DNA of 58,969 nucleotides, the filler included, from Dugesia japonica (taxonomy: Eukaryota): NCBI GenBank assembly GCA_001938525.1. It is 4 parts of 4 records of this genome, joined end to end, with 100 filler letters (N's around TTAATTAATTAA, not from the genome) between each part and the next. Parts side by side here need not be neighbours in the genome. Positions count along the whole stretch, not along the records: positions 1 to 26,566 come from MQRL01648308.1; 3 more parts are not named here. The stretch is one strand, 5' to 3'. Every line of letters starts with the position of its first letter. Within the stretch, counting starts at the first letter, position 1. Positions 13,673 to 26,666 of this stretch are shown piece after piece. The position numbers and the translations under genes were made by a program. Under the pieces are notes generated by a model. The model worked only from the letters and a program-made list of their open reading frames with translations, did no database searches and was not told the origin of the DNA.

Positions 13673-15036
13673 GGTATATAGTGAGTTCTATTAAATATCA
13701 AATGAATTATTATTTTAAAAATTATATTACGAGTTTTTTAAGGGTTAAAATACTGAATTTTCCAATCGTATTTATACCAAATTTTTAGGATGTGTGTACA
13801 CCCTTTGCATAATAATAAAATAATTAAATTTGTAAATATTCACATACAATTTAAATAAAACCATATGAAATCAATTAAAAATAAAATAAAAGATCTGGTT
13901 AAATAATTTCACAAAATTATAAATGAAATCCGATTAAATGAAATTTATTTACAATTCATAAAAAAGAAAAATTATAGTAAAATTAAAAAAATTATAATAA
14001 AATTTACTATTGATTAATAAGTCATTAAAATTTGATAATACAATATAAAAAAGAAAAATTGTAATATTCATAATCTCAAAAATTTGCAATAATAGTCATA
14101 ATAATCATAATATAGTTATTGGATTGTCACTGGCTGATCGGATTCCTTAGATTGCTGGTTTTGATTTGGTTGAGGTTAGATTAGATGTTTGGTTGTTGCA
14201 TGTTTTTGTCATGTGTATTTTGAATGCGTGCTTGTGCGTTTGATTAAAGTTGGTTTGTGTTTTCCCAAACAATTAAAGTTCAAAAATTATGAATTTTTAT
14301 TGCTTTTAAAATTTTAAAACACAGTGGTGTATGCATGTTTGTACGTAATGCTCAATATTATTAAAATTTTTTAAAAATTTTCAAAAATTGTGATTTTTTA
14401 TTATAGTTTTAAAATTTTCAATTAATATATTAAAAAATCAGTCGTGTATGTTTGTTCCTTTATTTGTGCGTAATAATCAAAATTTTAAACTAAAGCTAAA
14501 AGACGATAACATGCAGGTGAACATGATCAGGCTACTTCCTGAAGCAATTGATGTGCCAAATAAGGCGAGTGATTAGTGGAAAAATCAATGCGAAGAGGTT
14601 CATTTGAAAACAGGAAGAAAGAGATTAGGCGGAAGGCACTGATGTCGAGCAAAATAAGATCCCTTGAGCAAGTCACGAGCAACCAAATAAAAAAGACAAA
14701 AATAAGGCGTTTAAAAAGCATTTGGTTGATGGAAACCCTTTTAATAGACTTCATTTGCATACCATATCGAAAGTATGTATCTTTTTTATCCATTATTTTG
14801 TAAAAGTATAATGATGAATAAAATTTAATTCAAAAAATATTCAGGAAATGTTTTCTATCACGGGGCTATCTATCATGGATTTTTTCGGTTTATTTTATTT
14901 TTGAATTCTTAAAATTTAGTGTATTTTTTCATATCATTATAGAATTTTTAGACTATTAAAATTTCATTTACAAATCGTCATTTTTGACAGGTGATAATAC
15001 CTAAGGTGATAATTAGTTATTTAATAAGTTTCTAGG

Positions 15037-15560
15037 CTACGAGCTTTTGTTGAACTCTTCTAATAATTTTCGTTTGAAGTCAGCTGTTCCTTCACTGTTC
15101 CTACCTATCCAACTTTTTTCAACTTCTTTATAAGAATTACCTTGCACATAACTATATGCATAGAATAATTTTCTTGGTTCAAGATCATAAGATTTACAAG
15201 TTGGATATTTCCTATAATCTTTTAACATTTTTCACATATTTTCTATTTTCATACATTCTTAAAGAATCTAAAAATCTAATATTTTTGAATTCAAATGCTA
15301 TATATACTTTATCTGAATATGGAATTATATTTTTAATATCTTCTGGATATTTTTCACACAATTCTCGAAAAAATAAATGAATTTCAAACTAGATGCATTT
15401 TGGAAATGTAATGGAATAAAGAAATTTATAATAGATTTGTCTTGTAAATTAAATACATTATGTTCTAATCTTCTAAATTTATTATTCAAATAATCATGAT
15501 CTGTTACATAATTTTCCATGTTTTTCACAATAATAACATTTCCCTCGTTATTTATCATAT
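15037..15560 (-). pseudogene. Fragment of a second pPolB (endonuclease VII-like/exonuclease region)
   Basis: VTDHDYLNNKFRRLEHNVFNLQDKSIINFFIPLHFQN and IIPYSDKVYIAFEFKNIRFLDS align with VIDHDHFNGEFRSYPHSNCNL and IIPHSDEVYISFEFRHIRVLDS at about 33170-33430. Confidence 0.8.
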
Positions 15561-16859
15561 TGATATTTTAAATCTTTTAAACTGTTAAATTCTATATTTG
15601 TTTCTTCAATTATTTTAGTTAAATTATCATTTATTTTATTTATTATTTCAATTTATTATTACATTTTGTCCTATATTTTGTGGATGTGTATCATGATGAG
15701 ATATATAAATTGGAAGGACTTAGGATTTTTCGTTAGAATCATTATAACTTAATTCAAATACATTTACTTAGAAATTATTATTTCTTTCAAATAATGTTAT
15801 AAAATTTAACAGGGAAATTTAAATTAAAATTTAATTCATATATAATCAAAATAATTAGAAACATTAATAAAAGCTTCGATCAAAATTTGTATTTTTGGTA
15901 TTCAGGGATTAATTCTAAATTTCGACTTAGTCTTCAGGAATTGACTTTTATTACTATATTATAATAAAAATAGAAAGATCCTTAAAATCCTTTAATTACA
16001 ATAATAGTTAATATTTCATTCTTTTTTCTGTTATAATCATTATTATCGTATTTTCATTATTATGATGATTAATTGCACTGGTCTGATAAATAATTTGAAA
16101 AATCCAAATCTAAAACGAGACAAATTAGATAGAAATAATCATTGATAAATTAAAGTACTTACCAAGTGACTAAAGTAATTCTGGTTTTCCAAATTTTATG
16201 TCACTCAAACCTATACGAACCTGAAAATAAACTACGAAATATTTCTCAGTAGCATTGAGAGTACCAGTCAGACATGGATGACTAATGACACGAATCACAG
16301 CTTACACCTGCAATTAAAACACACAGCTTGCAATAATTGGATTGGTGATTGTAGAGATGAATACAATCAACTGTCGTCCGAGCTGGTATAAAAAGTAGAA
16401 TCAGAAAAAACACTTCAATTACTAAAAATTTACATTTTATTGCAAATTTTATTGATAATCCAATATCAAAAGACTAAAATCTCATCGAATACAAACATCT
16501 AAAATATACAAATATAAATAAAGTGTCACACATTGCCAAAAGACAGTGTGCATATTGATTGCACCTTTTCATAAAGGCCATACATATTAAAAAATCAACC
16601 TTAGTAAAACAGTATCATCTGTGTCAGGAGGAGTACATGAATATTTTAAGTTTAAATTTTAGAAATTTATTTAAAATTAATTATAATAAAGAAACCAGTT
16701 GTTGTTTTAATATTTAGAGTTTTTTTAGCAGAATATCGAAACTTAAATAGAAACAGTTAATTATTTAAAGGTGGAATTACTAAATTATTTTGAAATAAAT
16801 ATTTTAGATTATGAAGGTCTTTACTGAATGAGCACGTATTCTTTGTTTCTAATAATCTG

Positions 16860-17320
16860 AACCTCTGTTTTTGCCTTGTCCAATAACCGCAATGTCTCCT
16901 TAATATCTTCTACTTTATCCACTTTGCAAAGTAGTACTTCTTCCGTAACAATATATCAATAACTTTGCTGTAAGTTTCTTGTAAAGTCCTTAAATGCGAA
17001 TATATTGTTTATCAATTCTTCTACTCTTGCCATTTAAATGTCAATATCTCCATTTTCTCGTTTATATTCTAAGTTATTTTTAATATTAGGTATGTAATCT
17101 TGTCCCTGATGGGATGCTGCTCTTAATTGTTCCTGAAAACTTTCTATCTTTTTAAAAGTTCGAATATATATTCTCCACCAAATCTTTGTTAATCAAGCAA
17201 GTGACGAACCGCCCATCTTCTTTCTTATTTGTTATCCATTTGACCTCAAAGTAGAGTTCACATTTTAATAAACTTCTCCAAATTTTCATTGTTCCCATAA
17301 ACGTCTGGTAACAAGTTGTC
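16860..17320 (-). pseudogene. Possible Ty3/gypsy gag N-terminal remnant
   Basis: Frameshifted LLPDVYGNNENLEKFIK...ELYFEVK resembles a gag N-terminal motif. Heavily decayed. Confidence 0.35.
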
Positions 17321-17642
17321 TCTAACCGAGTGTGTATTGATCGCTGCTATCATGATAGGGGTAGGATATACTGACCCCTCACAACAGATTCAAAATTTTC
17401 AAATTACATTTATTTGAATTAAGATGATCTTCTATTCTGATCTTTTCAATTAATTATCTAAACTTAAGCAATTTAACAACAGTTATAAAAACATAAATTT
17501 ACAAAAATATAAAATATTACTGAATTTATAAAAAATAAACATGAATTAAAAATATAATATTTATCAAAAAACAATGCAATTATTGCATTCTTACTTAACG
17601 TCTTCTTTTAAAAAATATGCACTAGAATTTTCTAATTTTTAA

Positions 17643-18490
17643 CACTATTTCTACCAAGAGGTGTCAAAAGACACTTCAAATATTAACTGAACATTATTCT
17701 CGAAGTTTAATAATTTCTCTAGAATTATTTTTTTGACTATTCATACAACAGTTGTCAAATTAATTCAGCGATATTATTTTCATCCAGCTCATCCAGGATC
17801 ATAATATGTGTATACAGTATACTTGTTTCTACCATGAGGTGTCTTTTAACACCTTCAAGATTTTATAATATTATCTAATTTTAAACCGTTTTACATATAC
17901 ACGTCAACACTATTTTGCAGCATCATATCAATTGTAATCTGATTAGAGAATTCCGATTTCAGTTGTAAAGAAAAATATTTTGATGTTTGCTTGTTTTTCG
18001 TCATGCTGCATTTTACTATAGATCATTGCAGTGACTTGTTTTACGTGTTTTCTTTTCCGATTCTGATAGTAAATTCAGTACACGTGAATTTTGTTTTTTT
18101 CATAAAAAATTTGAAAATTATTATTGAAATTATTATTGCAGTTAAGTAAGCAATAAAACTTTTTGTAATACTGATAATTATTTCTATTTCTTTACGTTTT
18201 TAACGACAAAATGTAAATAACCTAATTTTATTTTTTTCTTTCTAAACTTATTCTATGAATGTCCCAAATTTAGTAAATGAAGGAGTTATTGCAAAAAATA
18301 GACAACATAAATGAAGAATGCTCTGAAATTGATGAAAGCTCACAATCTGAAATGAGGATGAGTTGGATGATTCTTTTGAAAGTGACCACGAATTTGATAG
18401 CGATTATGAAAATTATTCGCCAAGCACTAATAAAGAAGAAAATTATTTGAATGTAAGTAGAGGACGAAAGAGATTGAAAATACAATATAC
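17643..18490 (+). mobile_element. Possible piggyBac-like 5' end
   Basis: TTAA|CACTATTTCTACC start. The motif TTTCTACCAxGAGGTGTC recurs at about 17648 and 17826. Acidic coding-like stretch at about 18300-18420. Confidence 0.4.
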
Positions 18491-18593
18491 TAAAATAATA
18501 AAAATTTATATGAAAATATATTAGCAATACGACTAATAATAACTATATTAACTTAACATTCTTTATTAGTTTATTTTCTTAAAATATTAATAT

Positions 18594-19135
18594 TATTGGG
18601 GTGAAACACAAATCCACAGAATATAAATAATTAGAGTCCCTCGACAAATGATCAACCGATAAGTTTACAAATTAAATTTAGAAGAACATCTAAAATAAAA
18701 CAAGAACAAATCAAAAGAAATGCAGGAAAAGGACAAGAAAATAAATAAAGATGTTAATAAAATTTATCAACAGAGCCACTACAATTAGGAATAATAATGA
18801 AAGTTAATCAAATTAAATTGATTATCTTAAAAATATGGTTGGAAAATAAATCAGAAAATTAAATAATTTTTTCAAGAAAAAAAAATTAATTTAGTCAAAA
18901 ATCTGAAAAAAGGAAATAACTTTTTATTGGAACTTCAAAAATCTTCGAGACAAGAAAAACTGAAAAGTCCTTGACAAGAGAAATCCAATAGTTGTAAGAT
19001 TAAGATAACAATACTTTCGGAAGGGTTGGAAAAAAAGTTTCAAAGTTTAGGCCAATGGTAAGCCAAGAAAATGTGAAAGGATAAAGACAAGAAAGTCAGC
19101 AGGTGCTCTAAAAATAGGCACCAATAGAATGGGAG
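18594..19135 (+). mobile_element. Truncated LTR head (TGTTGGGGTGAAAC family)
   Basis: Starts TATTGGGGTGAAAC. Contains GGTGCTCTAAAAATAGGCAC, also present at about 58222. Abuts the mariner relic. Confidence 0.7.
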
Positions 19136-19885
19136 ACACCTTCCATATCCCACCAAATACAAAGCATGACTTTCTTATCATAATTATTACGCTTTGCGGT
19201 AGACGCTGATGCCTGTCCTGGATCAAGCCATGATTTTTTCCGTTTGGGGTTATGGAAATAAATCCATTTTTCATTGCCCGTAACAATTTGCCAAAGAAAA
19301 CTCTTTTCTCTGTCTGGCAAGTAATAATGTGGCTATACTTAAAAGATTACAGTTAGCACTTTTACTCAAAATAGGAGGGATCCATTTTCCCTCCTGAATT
19401 TTTCCTAGCGCATGTAGCCGTCTGGAAATTGTTGATCGATGTGTGTTTAATGTCATAGCCAATAGTTTCTCTGTTTGAGCGGGGTTGTCATTCAATAAAT
19501 CTTGTAATTCACTATCTTCAAATTTTTTTGGCTGACCTGGTCTTTCTTTATCATTCAAATCGAAGTCGCCTGATTTAAATCTTGCAAACCAGAATTTGCA
19601 GTTAGACAACGATGCAACATCATCAGTGTATGTTCCCTCAAGCATTTTATGCGATTCCGCTACTGATTTCCGCATATCGAATAAAAATAATAATACGTGC
19701 CTGAAATGTNNNNNNNNNNNNNNNNNNNNNNNNNNNNNNNNNNNNNNNNNNNNNNNNNNNNNNNNNNNNNNNNNNNNNNNNNNNNNNNNNNNNNNNNNNN
19801 NNNNNNNNNTTATTTTGACTTTATTACAAATATAACTAACGTTATCGCTTATTTTAAGTTTAGACCAGAATTAATGCACCTTCTT
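19136..19885 (-). mobile_element. Truncated mariner (Mos1/mauritiana-like) transposase pseudogene
   Basis: WFARFKSGDFDLNDKERPGQPKKFED, GKWIP, IVTGNEKWIYFHNPKRKKSW and KVMLCIWWD. Frameshifted and cut before the second catalytic Asp. Confidence 0.95.
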
Positions 19886-20406
19886 GCAGCGGTTGTTATA
19901 AGATTTCATGTAAAAATACATAATTTAAAGGATTAATATGTAATTATATATAATTTATTTTCTGTTTATATTAACTTGAAATTCTTCTGTTACTGATTAG
20001 CTCATTTCCAGAATGATTGGCCATGAACTTTTAATTAAACAATCAATTTATAATACACAACAACTTGAAAATAAAAAGGAAAAATAATTTCAGTGATGTA
20101 AAGTATATTATTAACGATTGTAGAACTATGGATTATAGGTCAGGATGCCAGGTAATGAACAAAGACGTATTAATAGATATTCAGAAAACTATCTTATGCA
20201 GATGTACTCGATAATATTACGAAAAATATTAATATGTTGCACTGGAACAGGGCTCAATAAAATTTATTTTAAAAATGAAGTGACAGGGCCAGATCGGAAA
20301 TGAAATACTGAGTATATGACATAAATTTCTCAAAAAATGAAAACACTGTAGAAGAACGAGTGATAATTTAGTAGGATTAGCATGATAGAATATTCCTGAA
20401 AATTTC

Positions 20407-23173
20407 TATTGGTGGTTTTATTTCATGACTGGAGGATCAGTCACCCAGCAGAACCCCTCTAAGAAATTAATCCAGCGTCCCTTGGCTAGATTTTCGGAAT
20501 AGGACCGGTAACCAGAAGTTGGAGTGCTTGTCCGCATTCCTTTGGTCCGGGTTCCCTATTCCCCATACTTTATGAGAGACAACACAACAAGATGGTTATG
20601 GATAAACATTTATTTACACATCATGATTCTTATTTATGGATGGGCCGAAGGCTCGTTACTAAAGTTGAAGGCGGCCTTGTCATCCTGGTCTTTCCACTGG
20701 TTGATTGCTAGGGTACTACTCGTGACCAGATCAGCAATATAATGTGTCAGGGACGCTACCTTGCGGAACAATCAATTCGCGGTAGTGGTAGCAAATGAGT
20801 GCAGTTGGGCTTTCCAGAGCTGTTACTGAAAGCGATAGCCTCCTTCCGGAATTCATGGCATCGTCGTTATAGACTTTTTTTGGCCTTTTCGGCGGTAATT
20901 TGGGCTTCCTAGTTTATCTTAGAAAGTCGGTACATCCTTCAAGACATCTCTTGGTCTACGCTGGCTTCACTTTATCGCTTGTACGCAGATGTCTTGGATT
21001 TGGCTCTATTTGAATTCACTGAAAGAAAAGATTCAATTGTTAATTATTTAATAATATCACGCTGATTAGTATTTAACAGTGTGAAGATAACAGAAATGTT
21101 ATTTCTATTTATTAACTGATCTATTGATAAAAATAAAGCAACACTATTCAAGTAAAGATCTTTCAGTCCATGACTCAATTACTTAATTGTTGATTATAAT
21201 TACTTATAATTATAGAACCAGAGAATAAACAACAAGAGTCAAGACAATGGTATTTGAATTATCACATAAATAATATAAATGTCGATTAATTAATTCGCCC
21301 CATCATCAAATGTTCGTCGAAGTCCTACATGAACAAATGTGTGAGAGAAGTTTGGAGTTCTACATATTTTATCATTGCCATGGGCTAATATGGATAATTG
21401 TAGCGCTCAAGGCTATCTTTACAGTGGCGTTGTACTCTATATTCGGGTGAAATATAGTGTTGATTCACCGGGATGCCGACATGCCAGCTGAATGGGTTCC
21501 AGACGCACTGAAACACAATTCGGCCGTTTACGAGTGGGAAAAATATTTATTGGTAGTTACGAGACATTCTAATATAGGTAATATAAAGTAAAGAATTATG
21601 TGACAAACGATAAAATGTTTATTGTTGAACCATTAAGACATAAATTGGGTTAGTCGTGACCAAGTGGTGTTTCCAGGGGGAACATCTCTGCGAAACACGC
21701 TAAATCTGTCTCGCTGGGATGTTCCACTTTGTCCGGATATACAATGTGTATCACTAGTCTGCGGAGTCGCACTAATTCGTGCTCATGTCTAATAATCCTG
21801 AATAGAAGGTGAGGAAAACTTGACATGTTTCGTGTTCTAAAAGAAAGATTTATTAAATTAGATCGGTTGGTGGTTGGCGGTCTTGTTACTGCTACCATGA
21901 CTTTAATGGTATCAAGAGTAGCAAGGTACTGAAGGCCATGAAACTATTAATAATTATGATCATAATGGCAATAACTATAGGTCGCAGCAACGACTATTAA
22001 TGTTAGATGATAATAATAAATTTATTAAATAACCCTCAAAATGATAATAGGGGTATCATAACGACGAGGTCATTAATAACTAATTTAATCGTAAATCTGA
22101 ATGATATATTAGCGATTGAAATGTCAAATGTTTATGTCCTAATAATTAATAATAAAAATTAATGAAATTTTCAATGATGATAACAATAATGATAGTCGGT
22201 AATAGTAATAACTATAATAATAATAACAAAACAATAAAAACCACAACAAAATTATAATAATAATATTCAAATAATAATAATCATAACAATGACCACAATA
22301 ATATTGATAATAATATTAACAAAATATAGTTTAACACAAAGGAAAAAGTAATAATATAATAATAATAATAATGAATCATGAAAATAAAAGTTCTTATTAT
22401 ACGACCACTAACAAGCTGATATTTATTAGATTAGCTGTTAACAATTAGGTCTCACAGACGGTCATGCAACACGACTCGGTACTAAATCATTTTAATGGTA
22501 ATAATAGTAACAACGATACGAGATGATAATAATGTTAATAATTACAATCATAATAGATAGTAGATATCAATAATAAATAACAGCCATAATAAAACAACAA
22601 TAATGATAATTAATAATAATAGCAATAATTATTAATGATAGAAACGACAAAATTTTTTTAAAAGTCTACACATTTTAAAAAAATTATTACAATTTTAAAT
22701 TATAATTTTGAATTGTACATTTTCTTGAAAATATTTTTATTTGCAATTTACAAATTTTCAAGAAATTTTGAACAACATCTGGCAATTTAATCTATATGCT
22801 AAAATAAGTTATTTTTAAAAATAATAATTTTCATTCAGTTTTATGTTATGAAATAAATAGTAATTTACATTGCAACATAAATAATTTACACTAATAGTTT
22901 ATATCTCAAAATGCATAATCATAATAATAATTTACATTGCAAAATACTATCAGTATATTGACAACACAATAAAGTATAATGAATCATCAATTTAAATAGT
23001 CAGGTTAAATTAATTAGTGATCCTATCGAATGAATGAATTCTATAGCAATCTGGGAACAATCTGGTTTGGTTGGTTAAAAGGGTGGTTTTATAATATTTT
23101 TTATGTATCTGTATATAATTTAGGTGACTGGGTGTATGTAAATCTTTGATTTTAGTTTCTATTTTTTCCAACA
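20407..23173 (-). mobile_element. Probable large solo LTR with internal short ORFs
   Basis: TATTGG...CCAACA termini with flanks TTTC/TTTT. The 3' motif TAGATTTTCGGAATA...CGCATTCCTTTGGT is shared with 51640-51715 and the reverse complement of 25905-25930. GC-richer ORF remnants at 20635-21020 and 21650-21898. Confidence 0.55.
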
Positions 23174-25059
23174 TTTTTGATCTTCGATTGCATCATTAAT
23201 TTTCAGATAACTCATACATATGATATTTCACTCGTATATGTATAATGATCTGTCTAAGGGAGGGGTTCCCAAAGTTTTTCTCAGGCGGGTCAATTTAATA
23301 TTACCGAATTTTTTGGCGGGCCAAAATTAAACGGAATAAAATCAAATTAATAACCACAATTTTTTGTTTTAAATATATTTAACTATTTCTTATTTTTTTA
23401 TTAGCATACTAAATTTAATATAAATATAAATCTTTAATTATATATTGGTTGGGGTGAAACATCCAGTCGAAGAAGAAAATGAAACCAAGGGCGTAAATCA
23501 GTAAAACAGAACGACAGGTTCATTATAACTAGTCGAAAGAAAAACAATTAGAACCATGGTTAGGACAGGATAAATCTAACCATTAAAGAAAAGCAAAATA
23601 AAAGTAAAGTTGAATACGAAGAGTTTGAATGAATAAAATTAACATGTATCATTGTCAAGAATTAAAAGAAATTATTGAATCAATAATAAAACTCAAGAAA
23701 ATTATTAAAGAAAAATAATTATTTACCAGAAAAATGTTAATTAATTTTGAAATAACATAAATCAAAATTAATCAAAAATTCGTTTTATACGAATAACTTT
23801 GCTCAGGAAAGCCACAGGAGCTTGGTACAAGAAAATTCGAGAAGAATTTGTGACGAAGTAATAGGATTTTGTGAATAGGAAATCTTACCACCACCCAGAA
23901 GGTTTCTACAAGGGTTGGAAGAATGGGCTAATAAGGGGCCGAAAAATAAAAATAGAACAAAGAAATAAAAATCACATGTCACTCCAAAAATATACGCCAA
24001 TAAAAGTTCTAAAACTCTAAAAAATTCAGAAGATTGGCACCAACGCCAATGATTATTAAGTGACTTGAATTCAAAATAACCGACCAACAAGAACATAGTC
24101 GGGTTGCACCAAAAAAGTTATATAAGGCTTTCAGAATTCAGAAGAAAAACCACAAATTTTTACAATATTGTTACTGAGTTCTTTAAGTGTAATAACTTTG
24201 CGAAAATCACACCAGAAAACTTTTCAAGCAGGATCGAATAATAAATTTAAATTGGTAAGATCGCGACAACTGATAAATTAATTTATCGGAATCGTTATTA
24301 GAATCAAAGAAGAAATTGTTTCAACTACTCAAGAAGATAAATTCCAAACAGAAAACATTAGTCAATTTGCCTGAAATCTACTCGTGTCGAAAAGTTAACT
24401 CGTTGCAGATACTTCAATTTTATTTTTAATAGTAAATATGAATTCTTATTCCTTTATAAAATATGTGCGTTGTTGAAATTTAAGATAATAAATAATGGTA
24501 AATGTTTCAATTATAAACTGCGTTGAAATTTAACTTGGTTATGATTTAAACTATTATCTTTGTTGAAAATTAAATTAATTGTTAATAAATGATTTAAGTC
24601 ATAAATTTTATTGCTGGTGAGAAGAACTAAAATAATTTCTATATTTAGTAATTCCATACTAATTTCTGTGACAGAATTTATCACATTTACGATGACATTA
24701 TTGATTCAGTGTGTGTCCAGAAATCGGTCAATAACAGCAGTGTTTCTCTTAATTTCCAGAACACATTAGGCCCGAATAGAATTTCGATGCATGAATTCAG
24801 TAGTGATTCACGATTATTAAGCAACTAACAGCTGGCATGCCGTCCAGGCCAAGTTTAAACACACTAACTCTCCAATTGACCTTCCAGTACGCATTTTATT
24901 ATCGACCACATATCGCTTGTTAATTAACCACAAATTTCTGTAATGTATATTTTGCAGTGCATTCATCACTGAACTGGCCCTCGGCTCCGACTTAAAAATT
25001 AGGAATGCCAGCGAGGACCAGGAAATGACCTGGGACCTCTATCGCCTCGCGAGGCGTCT

Positions 25060-25377
25060 CTAGAGGCAGATATGACCACCGTAAATAGTAAGGTACTTCA
25101 GTATAAGAAAAAATGCATCGCCTTTAAAAAGGAAGCCGAGGCCTCTCACGCTCAATAGAGAGTGTGGAAAGGGCAAGTCGAGTTCTTCGCAGAAATTATC
25201 TGGTCCTACCATGACCGAGAAAATAAACTGGTCGGCGACATCTTGTATCTCAAGGAAAAAATGCCTCTTGAACCTCTGATGATAGATAAAAGCACCCAAA
25301 CTCCGCGGCCGTAGGTACCCGGTAGTATCTGGTTCTATGAATAAACATTTTTTCATGTTTTTGTGTTTTTTTTTCAT
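25060..25377 (-). CDS. Hypothetical protein inside the LTR (antisense)
   Basis: 105-aa open frame in a GC-richer island. No recognisable domain. Confidence 0.3.
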   Translation of the reverse strand: MKKKHKNMKKCLFIEPDTTGYLRPRSLGAFIYHQRFKRHFFLEIQDVADQFIFSVMVGPDNFCEELDLPFPHSLLSVRGLGFLFKGDAFFLILKYLTIYGGHICL

Positions 25378-25441
25378 TCGTCTATACCTTTTAAGCTAAA
25401 ATAAAATTATTAGTATCAAATATTAGGACTAAGGTAGTTCA

Positions 25442-25837
25442 TTGTTGTTTTTCTTTAATATTTCACTCGTTTCAGGGCCACGTATCCAGATTCCCCGTAG
25501 TCTAAAACGATGTCAACGACTAATCCAGAAATTGCTACTCGAGAGGCATCTTAAACGCCAAACTAAGTGTGATTTGCTCCGTGACTTAACACAACGAAAT
25601 AGGCTGATGAAGAGATTGGGCGTGATTGTAAAGAAACAAAATGACTTAACTGAACACACAAAACAACTCCTTCAGCACAAGGTCGAATTTTTGAAGCGTT
25701 ATATTGCCTACCTATCGTGTCAATTAGGGAATTTTGCATGTCTCAAGTGTGATGATAATGACGACTCGGTGTTGTTCGACTTCGTGCCAAAAGTGCCTAC
25801 CCAGTGGTTGGACCCGGGTGCTCTAGATGAAATGTAA
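25442..25837 (+). CDS. LTR-borne coiled-coil protein, probably a terminal exon starting after TTTCAG at about 25476
   Basis: Open frame with heptad-like LLRDLTQRNRLMKRL...LLQHKVEFLKRYIAYL. Sense to the LTR and lies just before its 3' motif. Confidence 0.55.
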   Translation: MLFFFNISLVSGPRIQIPRSLKRCQRLIQKLLLERHLKRQTKCDLLRDLTQRNRLMKRLGVIVKKQNDLTEHTKQLLQHKVEFLKRYIAYLSCQLGNFACLKCDDNDDSVLFDFVPKVPTQWLDPGALDEM

Positions 25838-26566
25838 TTTAAAACCAATACAATCTATTATTAGTATTTAGTTTATTTATTGAATAACCAAAATAATAGG
25901 TAAACAAACGAACCCAAACCAAAGGTATGTGAGTGTGAACCTCCCGTAAAGGATGCAGGTCAACCGCTCCACACTGAATTTGAGGACATTAGATGTAAAT
26001 TCTTGAAAGGTTATCCCTGAGGGCCTTTTTTCCAAGCACTGTCTAATTTTACAATCAACTCAGGTGGGACCCCAAAATATTTATTCAAACAAAAAAATAA
26101 CTGAAATCTATCTTATTATATAATAATATAAATAATAATATAACCACAGTTATTATAAAATCTTTCAATTTATTAACACGAAAGTAAAATCACTCTTATT
26201 GTAAAAACTGAACTATAACTATAGCAACAAGTATTATTAACATAAACAAATGTAACTGGAACTAAACTTATAATTATAAATATAACTTTTTAATCATTGC
26301 TACAATGATAACAAACTAGTACTATTCATTAACACTAAAAAAATAAAATATATTGTATCGATATCGCGGTTCGAATTCACAGGCTTTGTGGGCCGCAATT
26401 TGTGAACACCTGGTCTAGGGTTCACAAGAATACATAAGAATACATTTTCTAACAAGAATACATAAGAACTACAAAACTTAGTGCACCCTCGTGCGTTTTC
26501 CCTTTTCCCGAATCCACCGAATTTTCGTGGTAACCCTTCTTAGCTAATTGGTATCGAGATTCATTT

Positions 26567-26666
26567 NNNNNNNNNNNNNNNNNNNNNNNNNNNNNNNNNN
26601 NNNNNNNNNNTTAATTAATTAANNNNNNNNNNNNNNNNNNNNNNNNNNNNNNNNNNNNNNNNNNNN
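26567..26666. other. Artificial contig linker (N44-TTAATTAATTAA-N44); identical linkers at 35973-36072 and 45211-45310
   Basis: The same 12-mer, with stops in all six frames, is centred in a 100-bp gap three times. Confidence 0.95.

Larger units (their letters stand above)
23447..26077 (+). mobile_element. Solo LTR (about 2.6 kb) with internal ORFs
   Basis: GGTTGGGGTGAAAC head and GGGACCCCAAAA tail (degenerate TGTTGGGG...CCCCAACA). TATT on both flanks. TATA box at about 24119. Confidence 0.7.
23260..26412. mobile_element. Non-autonomous hAT (Charlie-like) element hosting a solo LTR
   Basis: Ends GAGGGGTTCCCAAA and TTTGTGAACACCTG. 8-bp TSD GTCTAAGG/GTCTAGGG. GCGGGCC-like subterminal motifs. 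Confidence 0.75.
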
